Shown: piece after piece, positions 1 through 11,100 of the stretch
Layout: the number at the start of each line of letters is the position of its first letter
How positions within the stretch are numbered: the first letter of the stretch is position 1
NCBI RefSeq assembly: GCF_964355755.1
Contig: NC_092676.1
Location: forward strand, 4,627,888-4,691,887
DNA: 64,000 bases
Source of the DNA: Antedon mediterranea
Lineage: Eukaryota > Animalia > Echinodermata
Direction: 5' to 3'
Program-made: the position numbers and the translations under genes
The notes under the pieces: model-generated
Database searches by the model: none
The model's input: only the letters and a program-made list of their open reading frames with translations
What the model was told of the DNA's origin: nothing

Positions 1-3000
1 CAAGATGATATTTGGGTTATCACATTTCCAAAGGCTGGTAAGTGAAAAAGACACGATGCATTACATAACAACAAAACTATAATTCTACTGTACAACAATA
101 CGAATGATACCGAGTGGTTGGTTTGCCTAGGCATCCGTACATTCAATCACAACTTTTCCATTCTTATTGTCCTTGCGTCCTGCCTCGCTTTCAGTCTCGA
201 ACACACTTCACTGCAAGTCTTTATTCCATAATTACACAGTCCCATATCCACTGTCCAGAAAGCCTACCATCTCCGACTTGTACCGTCTCGATAGTGTGTC
301 CTTCCCTTGTATCGCACACCCAACACAGCTTTCCATCACAACGCTCCCTTCTGATTCGTCTACTTGACCACCGGCGACTTGATTCATTTGCATGCGACAC
401 CTGATTATCGTCACACGTAACACAACCCTGGAACTAGGTCAGGATTGAACCCTGGAACTAGGTCAGGATTGAACCCTGGAACTAGGTCAGGATTGAACCC
501 TGGAACTAGGTCAGGATTGAACCCTGGACCTTGGGATTGGAAAGCAAGCACGTTAACCACCAAGCTACAGCTCCACTACATTTACATTTTTTCATGATTT
601 ATTTTAGGCACCACGTGGATGCAGGAAATAATGTCAGTACTGTACCATGATTGTAATGTTGTGAAAGCAGACGAGAAGGCAATTGATGATCGCTTTGCTT
701 TCCTAGATTTTGAAGACAAAAAATCAGATTCTCCCTACGTGTTAGCAGCCAAAAAACCTTCTCCACGATTTCTGAAGACTCATCTACCGAGTCACCAGAT
801 GGCCAGTGAACTAACTAACAAGAAACCAAAGGTGGGCCTGGCTACGGATCTACCGTTTATCTTTCGTTAACAGGAAGGCATAATTCGTTTACAGGCCTCT
901 TAAGTGTCATCCATGGTATACTGTTCATCTTCATATTAACACGTTTTTTGTATAATATTATATAGCCTATATGTATCTACAATTCAATTCAATAGCATTT
1001 CTTCAATAATGGTAAGACAAATAATACAAGAATAATAAACAATAAGAAACAGTAATACAATACAAAAACAAGAAAAGGTAAATAAAAGAAAGGAATGCCA
1101 TCATTGGTTGTGATGATTAGAAGAGTTAATTCATAAGAAAACATCTTGGATATTTAATGAGGTTATTTTTATCACAGTCTATTAGGCCTACTCGTTTTTC
1201 TTGAGTATATATGCTGATACTGTTATTTTGTTTGCTTCAATGTTTTCGAATGGTACGTGACCGGCGAGCGTGAGGCTTTGGGGAAGGGGATTGCTAGTAG
1301 ACCTAGGCCTAGTAAAGAGAACTTACATTACAAGTAATTAAGCCGGTTGATCCTCATTTGTGATTACGTTCTATTGAACAAAGTATCTCTAGTTAATCTC
1401 AGTTGAACTTTTTATTTGCACGGCGGCCGGACCGTGAAACACATAATAGAGACCAGTAAGTAATTAACAGCCGGAATTGATCCTCACCTGTGATTAAATG
1501 TTCTAATGAACATTGTGTCTATTTAATCTTGTTTAGGACCCAAGTGAAAACAAGGAAACTTGTCTTGGCTATCCTTGTGATCAAGGTCTGTTCCTTTGCG
1601 GAAATGTTTTCTATTTTTATATTAATTATGTGCAGTATTTTAATTGACCTTGATTATTTAATAAAGAAACTCAAAACTCAAACTAGTAAAGATAACTTAA
1701 ATAATTTCTTAAGAATATACCCTTTCTTTTAATAGATAGTGTATGTTTCAAGAAATCCGAAAGATAACGCCGTGTCTCTCTTTCACTTTCACCAGTCGCT
1801 TAGACTCTTGAAAACGTACGATTCTTGGGATGACTATTATAACGCATTTTGTGCTGGTGACGGTAACTTAAATTTCTTTTTTTTTGTGTGTGTGGGAAAT
1901 CGAATTCACTTTCTTCATACAGTATAACAAACTTAATTTTATTACATTCAATTTTTCAATATTATATTAAGCGTACTAACATTCTATTAAATAACTCTGT
2001 AATGTGTTTATAAAATTTCTTTCATAACAAGAAAAAAGTTAGTTTTGCTATGCCTCAATCTCAATATTTAGTATATTTATTTAAATAATGAAATATTTAA
2101 AAAAATCAATATTAGCCTAGTTACCGTATGAAACTTCTCATTGTTATATTAGTTCATGGTGGTTCGTGGTTTGACATGAACCTGTATTGGTGGAATAGAA
2201 GAAATGATGACAATGTATTATTTGTCAAATACGAAGATATGAAAAAGGTAATTACAGCATTCAAGATTCAAGATTCAAGAAATTTTATTTGTCCATAAAA
2301 ATGGAAATTCACTTTGCTTGGTAGATTAAAACAACAATATTGCAACAATTTAAAACGTGCAGTATTATAACAGATTAAAAATACAAGATAAAACGTTAAA
2401 AATACTGATAAAAATGTAAAACTATTTAAAAATTGCATTAACGTCTTACATTAGAATTAAAAATATGAATGCTATTTACAACGAAGGATTTTCTAGTTCT
2501 ACAAAGATTTGCTCTTGGAGGTCGTAGCCTAATACCTGATCTATTTAAGTTATAACAGTAATGTAACGGATGAGTGGGGTGTTTCATAATATTGTTTACT
2601 TTAAAAAAAATACTCTTTTCATTGATAAATGAACAAGGCGTTAGATCAGCTTTAATAATACGTTGTGCAATTTTACGTGGTCTATCAATTTTATTCTTAT
2701 CATTTTCAGTAAAGTTACCGTACCATAAAACCATCCAATGCTAAAAGATAAAATACTTTGAATAATACTTTGATAAAATAGAATTAAAATAGTGTTATCA
2801 ACTCTAATTTGCTTGAGTTTAAATAAATGTAGTAAAATATGTCATACTAATCTCTAATTCATCTGGGTTCAAATAATCTATTTTGAAAGTAGTCACTCGC
2901 ACATTATTTTTATTAAAAAAAGATATTTTTACATGTCAAAGTTCAGTTTAGAAAGAAAGTGAAGCTAATTAGACATACAGTGTTATCCCGTGAAAGATAC

Positions 3001-3513
3001 CAAATAATAATGTTTAGATATAAATAACTGAAATAAATGGAAATAATCATTAAAGCATATAAACTACAATGCTAATGAATTCATAAAAAAGAAGTCTGAA
3101 TTAAACAATATTGGATTTCGTTTCTGCAGGATCTAGGTGCAGCGATCACGAAGGTATCCAAGTTTTTTGGGTGGCCGATTCCTGATGGAAAACTCAAGGA
3201 GGTTGTTCAGCACTGTACATTTAGTAGTATGAAAAAGAATCCTACAACTAACTATGAGAAGATGAAAGAAATTGCTTCGAACCAAGATTTTCAATTTATG
3301 AGAAAGGGTAAGTTTTTTTTTATTTCTAAACACACACAAACACATACCATCATAACATTTTACCATGCTTTAATGACATTTTGGTTTCATCAAAATGTAG
3401 GACAAGTTGGTGACTGGAAGAACTATTTCACTGTGAGCCAAAGTGAAGCTTTTGATGTTCTGTATGAAAAAAAGATGAAAGGATCGGGTTTGACGTTTGC
3501 ATATGAACTTTGA
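1..3513 (+). CDS. Cytosolic sulfotransferase (SULT1-like), copy 1, 5'-partial; exons <1-37, 608-831, 1736-1862, 2153-2247, 3130-3307, 3401-3513
   Basis: GT-AG exons join in frame. Motifs: 5'-PSB DIWVITFPKAGTTW, catalytic KTHL, 3'-PB RNPKDNAVS, GSWFD, KYEDMK, C-terminal RKGQVGDWKNYFT; stop TGA at 3511-3513. Confidence 0.95.
425..575 (-). mobile_element. tRNA-derived SINE head with 4.3 tandem copies of a 24-bp B-box-containing unit
   Basis: Minus strand reads GGAGCTGTAGCTTGGTGGTTAAC...GGGTTCAATCCTG (Pol III A and B boxes). Unit ACCCTGGAACTAGGTCAGGATTGA repeats at 425-527. A related copy lies at 15408-15510. Confidence 0.7.
2260..2823 (-). mobile_element. 5'-truncated non-LTR retrotransposon 3' end (Rex1/Babar-like ORF2 C-terminus)
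   Basis: Translation ...ILILFYQSIIQSILSFS / LWYGN...IAQRII...HPTHPLH...RTRKSFV resembles the post-RT C-terminus of this clade, with one frameshift. Short tandem 3' tail (TCTTGAA)n at 2260-2280. Confidence 0.75.
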
Positions 3514-4453
3514 ATGATTGTTTAATCAAAAATCAATCAAAATCAATTTCTTAATCAACGTACCAGCATCAGATGGGTAGCAGCTTATTATTTACACGTT
3601 TATTACTTTTATATTCATAAGTTGTGTTTCTTTTGCATATAATACTTTTGAAGAACTCTCGTTTTTATGAGTATTTTTCGTTAGATTTATATAATATACA
3701 AATAAAGTAAAGATGTATTGTCCACCAAAATCATGAAAAAAAAAATGAAAAAAAGTAATGCTTTCACTTATGAAACGATTAAATAAACGTTTAAAAATTA
3801 AATCAAAACAAATTTGACTATTTTTTACTTTGAATTACAGTTTTTTTCGATCCAATTTTTGTTCAAAGTGAATAACTATTGTGACATTAAAATAGCATAT
3901 TCAACAAAAAAAGTTCTATTCGTATTCGTATTCGTATTCAACAAATAGCTAAAACAAGTGTTATGTCAGAGCAGACTTAAATTATAAAATTGCTGGTTTA
4001 ATTTATTACGTAATAATAATATTACTATACTTTTACGAGACATGAACATCATACGATTGGTGTATTTTGAAAAATAAAAACATTTTAGCAAGCAGGGAGT
4101 ATCCGTGAGTTTGATTGACTGCTTTTATTGAGACCATACATTCTTGCTAGTACACTGTCATTGGCAATCGCCCAAAAACTAATTTATAGGCCTATTGATG
4201 AGTGAGTCCTGAAGGAACACGACGGCAAAGCTTGGTTTCAGTTATATTTTCTTAGGGCTGTGAAATCATTGGTAATTGTCATTGAATTATTTCTATTTGA
4301 ATTTAATGTATTTCAAGCAAAGTAGTAAGCCTCATTATTTTTTTTTATATACAGAAACTTAGAGTTTAGTACTTATTGTTATCGTTGAGGCAGAAAACAT
4401 TGTGTGAAAACAGATGAGTAATTCTTTCAATTGTAATACTTTACAGGAATAGG

Positions 4454-7000
4454 ATGTCATCAGAGACAAACAAAGAACATGCAGAGATTGATCGTGTTGT
4501 TGGTGGTGTCAGACATCCTTGGGATACTTCAGATGAAATCCTGGAAGCAATGACAACTTTTGAAGTTCGTCAAGAGGATATCTGGGTAATCACGTATCCA
4601 AAATCGGGTTAGTGCACATAAATGTATAGTATAACTATCAAACTTTATGTGACAAAACAAATGTGATGTGCCCATATGGAAGTGATAGGCACAAATATAG
4701 TAGTGATGACATCATCATGTCCATATATGGGCACATCACATTGTTTGTCAGAGAAAGTTTGATAGTGTAGACATAGCTTAACAGTAACATCCGGAAATTG
4801 TCAGTTATCTGTATCCGCCACTGCTTATTAAAGCAATATTTAAAGATATCGTCCCTGAAAACTATGAAGAATAATAAGTTGGACTTTGAATAGGTCATTT
4901 TGCAATTTTCAGAGGTTATTCACTTCCGAAAAAAATGAACAAAAAGAATTATTTCTCTTACTAAAAAGACAAAATAAACGGTTAAATTTAACCAAAAACC
5001 CATTTCCTGACAATTTGTATTTTGCATTCAAATTATAGCTATCAAAGTATAGCTATTATATAAAATGTTATATTAAAGATATACCATGAAAAACCAAATT
5101 ATAAAAAAAAAATTCCTCCAGGCAGACAATTTTTTTGAAAATGAATAATATAGGCCTAATATTGCTATACTGTATGTATCATTCCATGTTAAGCTATAGA
5201 TATTATACTAGTAATATTGCCACGAGGCGTAATCATGTTACTTCTATAATATCACGAATAATGTTATTTTATGTAATTTTTTAGGCACCACGTGGATGCA
5301 GGAAATAGTGTCAGTACTGTACAATGACTGTAATGTTGTCAAGGCAGATGAGAAGGAAATTGCTGATCGTTTTGCTTTCTTGGATTTAAAATTATCCCAC
5401 AAAGATTTCCCACACGTTGTAGCAGCCAAAACACCTTCTCCGCGATTTCTCAAGACTCATCTACCAAGTCATCAGATGGCAAAAGAAATCAATACAAAGA
5501 AACCAACGGTAGGGCTCAGATTGTTCATCTTAGCATAACGCATATTTTAGTCTTTCTTTTTTTTTCTTGTTCATTTCTTCTTTCTTTTTTCCCTTTATTT
5601 TTTTTCCTTCATTTTTCCCCTTTTTTTCTTCTTTTTCCATTTTTTCCCTTTTTTTAATTTCTTTTTGCCACCTACTAAAAACAATTCAATGATCCAATCC
5701 AATCCAAAAGATAACATTTTCCCGTACTACACCCTATAATTGATTGCAGAAATACCCCCATGTTATTAAAATGATCTATTATATTGCAGATAGTGTATGT
5801 TGCAAGAAACCCGAAAGATAACGCCGTGTCTCTCTTCCATTTTCATCAATCACTTAAATTCTTGAGAAGTTACGAATCCTGGGATGATTATTACAACGCA
5901 TTTTGTGCTGGTGATGGTAACTGTCGATAGTAGTATATAATAATGAGTTTGATTTGCGACGACCTATGACCTATTGTTTCATTGAATCCATCGAGAGGAA
6001 TCGAGAAATAAGGAAGCATGTCTAGTGTCTAGTATTCGTAATAAATTAAGATGACGTCATCATGTCCATATGTGGGCATATCACATTGTTTTGTCACATT
6101 ATGTGATAGTGTAGACATAGCTTTAAGCATCGGTATCATTGCAATATTTAAATTAAGATTTTGTTTGTCAATTCGTTTTATTTGTATCTGTACTTATTCA
6201 GTAGTTAATGGTTTAAGATGTGTATCAAGGTTTAAAAAAATAACAAATGACATTTTTTTTTAATTACATAAATCATAATGACAACTTTATGAATATTGAG
6301 TTATTATTCATTGTTGTTTTTTGTCTAGTTCATGGTGGTTCGTGGTTTGACATGAACTTATACTGGTGGAATAGAAGACATGATGAAAATGTATTGTTTG
6401 TCAAATACGAAGATATGAAAAAGGTAATTTGCATTCGTTACAGTAGTAGCAGGATTAAAATAGAATTGTTTTTTCCTAAATTTGTTGAGTTTAGAAGAGA
6501 TTGTACAGTTATGTTAAATCGGACATCTATCTTTGTGGCAAGGTGTGTTATTGGAAAAAGAAGTTTGAAAATGTTGTGAATTGATGAAAAAAATATAATA
6601 TTGGATCTCGTTTGTGCAGGATCTAGGTGGAGTGATCACGAAAGTATCCGAGTTCTTTGGGTGGCCGATTCCTGATGGAAAACTCAAGGAGGTTGTTCAG
6701 CATTGTAAATTTAGTAGCATGAAAAAGAATCCAAAAACTAACTATGAGAAGATATTGCAATATTCAAGAAACCCAGCTTTTCGATTTATGAGAAAAGGTA
6801 AAGTGTTTACTGTTTGTTGTGTAAAAACAAATGTAAACATAATCATGTATGATATTTTAAATGACATTTTGATTTCATCTCTTCTAGGACAAGTTGGTGA
6901 CTGGAAGAATTATTTCACTGTGAGCCAAAGTGAAGCATTTGATGTTCTGTATGAAGAAAAGATGAAAGGATCGGGTTTGACGTTTGAATATAATATATGA
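4454..7000 (+). CDS. Cytosolic sulfotransferase (SULT1-like), copy 2; exons 4454-4607, 5285-5508, 5790-5916, 6329-6423, 6620-6797, 6888-7000
   Basis: MSSETNKEHAEIDRVV...TYPKSGTTW, KTHL, RNPKDNAVS, RKGQVGDWKNYFT; same exon structure as copy 1; canonical splice sites. Confidence 0.95.
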
Positions 7001-7138
7001 ACTATGAACTTGTTGAATTGCATTGTTTTGTTAGAATAACAATAGTATGCCTTTCGCTCCTTCTTTTTAATGTTACATCGCCTACCTATAGTCCGATTTA
7101 TGTATATAAATCATGAATAATACCACCAAACTTACGAG

Positions 7139-7673
7139 TTAAGATAACTATAGCGAGGCAATTAATAAAAAGGCAAACTGCCTTAAAATGTAAATGTGAC
7201 ATGTTTAGAGAAACTATTCTCATCATCAGAACAGTAAACAACGCCTAGAGTGCTTATATATGCCAATAGGACATGTGTATGTAAATGAAGTAATTAGCAT
7301 AACAAAACAACAAGGAATGTAGGCAACAGCCAATCATATGGCAAGTGTGACGCCTAAGTTATAGATTCGTTTGTTCAAGGAAGGTTTACTCCACGAGATG
7401 TGGAGGGCTTCCTTGACCTTAAGTTTGAAAGCGGAATCTGCAGAATCCAGAACGGTGAAGCATTCCGCCTTAGCGAGGACCTTACACCGTTCTCTGAATC
7501 CTGCAGATGTTGAAAAATGTGAGAAGCCTTGTCCCTGATGTTCACGCACCCGCATTGATAACCGTTATTGGTTCACTGTTCTGATGATGAGAATAGTTTC
7601 TCGAAACATGTCACATTTACATTTTAAGGCAGTTTGCCTTTTTATTAAATGCCTCGCTATATAGTTATCTTAA
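7139..7673 (-). mobile_element. Truncated Penelope-like retroelement: GIY-YIG endonuclease C-terminus plus inverted pseudo-LTR arms
   Basis: ORF 7334-7555 (RVREH...FTVLDSADSAFKLKVKEALHISWSKPSLNK) resembles the PLE GIY-YIG C-terminus. Arms 7139-7235 and 7575-7673 are near-perfect reverse complements. Confidence 0.85.
7575..7616 (+). ncRNA. Candidate minimal hammerhead ribozyme (Penelope-type)
   Basis: CTGATGA-T-GAGA(atagtt)TCTC-GAAAC-AT-GTC: conserved core, 4-bp stem II, palindromic ACATGT stem III. Stem I is imperfect. Confidence 0.65.
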
Positions 7674-8167
7674 TTTATGTATATCATTTTAATCTAAATT
7701 TCTGTAAACGAACATTTCTTTGTATATTTAAAACAAAATAAACTTGTAGACAATTATACACTAAAAGTTTACCAATTATAGTCCTAAATATTTATCTTAT
7801 TGGCTCATGACTTAACTACTTTTTAACTAAAAAATGCTTGTTACTGTATTATATATTCGATGAGCATTATGTTGAAGCAGAGTACGTGACCAACTAATGT
7901 TTAGTTTGTAATCAATTATGTAGCCTGCCTACTACCTCTACAGCTCACTATGTCGGTCGGTTGGTCGGTAGGTAACCACTAACTTGAGCACGCGACTGCA
8001 GCCATGTATATGGCCTTTTTTAGATAATGAATTGTTTGGAGTTTTTTTCTGAGAGAAAAAGCGATTTACTGCTACCATTAAAGAGAAACGCGTTTAGTCC
8101 AGTTTGAACGCATTGTGTGTCAGACATTCGTGAAAAACGCACACTTGCTCTCGTCTCTCTCATCAAA

Positions 8168-11100
8168 ATGGCAGCCTCCTTCGAAAAAGTTTGTTCCGTC
8201 GTTGCTAACGATCTTGTGCCAGTTACCAAGTATAAATCTAAGCGCACAGGGTTTACTGTGTGCCTAGCACAAGTAGAAGGTCCACTAGTTAATGGCTACT
8301 TCGTTCTAGGTAAATTTACTTTTTTGTTTACCTTAGGCTAGTTAGAGAGAAGAGGCCTAGGCCTAGTAGGTACTAGCCTAGCTAGGCTAGCTAGAGGCTA
8401 ACTTTGGCGGCCAGGATAAAGTGGTCGGCCGGTCGGGTGGGCAGGAAGCATGGCCTAGGCCTAGGGTTTGAATAATAAAGTATATGCTAGGACTTAGGAG
8501 GCCTAGGCTAAATAGCCTAGGCTATTCAACGTCTGATTTATAAATCTTTAGTTTCATGATTTTGGGGGACAACATTCAACAATACATCGATCTTTATTAT
8601 TTTAATTAAATAAATTAGCACCATTATTAAGGCATCTCTGCAATGCAAACTTTTTTTTATGGATATTTATATACAGTCTAATTAGGCGTAACCTAGTAGG
8701 CCTAGGGCCTAGGTAGGCCTAGTACTAATAATTTTGCATGAGATTTCCATGGAAAATAGGCTAGATTCTTCTAATCACATGTTTTATTTAGTAGATAAAC
8801 CAATTGTTTAGGTCTAGCCTAGGCCTAGGTCTCGGTGAAATTTTATGAATTTAAATTAATTTATCATGTCCTTGTGCTTCTAAATAATAATTCATAATTT
8901 GTTTCCTTTGTTTCCATGGGAACACACAATGATTAATTCAGGAAGTTTATTGTTCACTGAGCATGGACAATAGACAATGCCATTGCCTGTACAAGGATGA
9001 TTACAATATCTGTATATAAAATACGGGATTGCAATCAATAGAAGTGCAATTGAATATTTAATCATATTGTTTATTGTTTCCTAGCAACTGAGGCACATGA
9101 TGATGATGGCTTGCCACACACCTTGGAGCATCTTATTTTCTTGGGAAGTGAAGATTATCCATTTAAAGTGAGTGATTTGAATGATCATTGAAGTGTGTCC
9201 AAAATGTGTGTCTCTTAGTTTTGGCGTGGTGGGGCTACCAATCTAAGGGTCCTGAGTTCAAGTCCTGTCATATGTCAGGATTTTTTCTCATGACAATTTG
9301 CAACTCCCCAAAGACTTGTAATAATAAGTCTTTGATTATGTAGAGCATCTTGTGTATATGTTGAACAGGAGAGCCACCTTTGAGAGAAGGACAATGATTG
9401 AGTTCACTTATGGTCATCCTTGGCAATTTGCCTAAAATTGAATAAAAAAAAAAAAAAAAAAATCAGACCTAACAAGAATCAATCAAGACATAAACCAAAT
9501 TATTATTTGGGTACAATCCCGCTCGGACCTAATCCCACCCCCTACTTTACTTTATGTCTGACTTCACAAGCATAAATCCCTAGTATTGACTTTTGTTCTG
9601 GATAGGCCTTTCTAACCATTTTAGATTAGTTTTTAAAAGAAATGCTTACCAATCATTTTTTTCCTGAACCAAGTTTTCCCCGGGTATAGTCCCTCCCCCA
9701 AAGTTGGCCCAATTTCGTGTTTTAGGTGGGTGGGACGGATTATACGAGAAGATATACGGTATTATTATTTTATTATTTAACTGGTAATTATGGTATTATA
9801 AAACAACATACATTTTTAATAGTTATATTTAATCAAGTTTTACCTTTTTCAGGGAGTGTTGGACATGCTGGCAAATCGATGCCTTGCACAGGGTACAAAT
9901 GCATGGACAGACACTGACCACACCTGCTACACCGTGATGACCGCTGGCAGTGAAGGTTTCTTAAACCTAATGCCAATTTACCTTGACCATGTGTTGTATC
10001 CAACTTTAACGGTCAGTTTAGTATATCAGCTATTTTTACATGTTTCTAATAACTCATTTATAAGCCCACTCTGAATAACAATTGGTTTATACTTGAGGAG
10101 AACATTTAAGTTTGGTTAACTTAGGCATAGTGTACAATAGATTGGAATATTTTGCATGAAAATGTAACAATTACTAATGTTATGAAAGTTATGCTGCACT
10201 CAACAATTAATCTATCCTGATTTACTAAACCCTGGATAAGCAACCCCTAGATTGACTAAACCCTGGATAAGCAACCCCTAGATTGACTAAACCCTGGATA
10301 AGCAACCCCTAGATTGACTAAACCCTGGATAAGCAACCCCTAGATTGACTAAACCCTGGATAAGCAACCCCTAGATTGACTAAACCCTGGATAAGCAACC
10401 CCTAGATTGACTAAACCCTGGATAAGCAACCCCTAGATTGACTAAACCAGGGCTCGATTTATCTTTTTCATGTTGCTAGCCCACTGGGCTAGTTCACTGT
10501 AGATTTCACTAGCCCATACATTATTTTACTAGCCCACTCTTATTATCGCACCGTGATAGCAGGGCCGCCATATAAATGAATTCAGGCATTTTGTACAATA
10601 GAGGGCGCACTAATCTAAACGCTCGAGAATTGCTAAACATTTACATAAATACTGTGTTATGCGCGATTTGAACGATTTGCGCAATTTAAAATTGCGCAAA
10701 GAATTCTTGCGCAATTTGAAATTGCGCAAGGATTTTCTTGCACAATATTAAATTGCGCAAAAAAATCCTTGCGCAATTTCAAATTGCGCTGCACAATTTG
10801 TAAATTGCGCAAGATAGTTCTAACTGTTTGTTATTTTTATTATTGTACTCATTTGTTGTTGAAAATGGTACCGAAAGGTCAATCTTTTTTGTCATTAAAT
10901 TTAATTTTTAAGTTAAATAGTAAACGTCTAATAATTCGTAATAATTATTGTTTCTAAAAAAAATCCAATCGTTATTAGTCTTATTAATCGTCATTAGTAC
11001 TGATATTTGAATTGAAATTATTATATTACTATTGGTATTTATTTATGCCTTCTCCTCATATTATGTGTGAATATGGTATTTTATAGAACCATTGGGAATT

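Noticed and set aside
89-422. Possible solo LTR (TGT...ACA with internal AATAAA on the minus strand)
   Set aside because: Flanks do not form an exact TSD and it abuts a SINE head; it may be the SINE body. Unresolved.
5550-5665. Pyrimidine-rich tract
   Set aside because: Simple low-complexity sequence.
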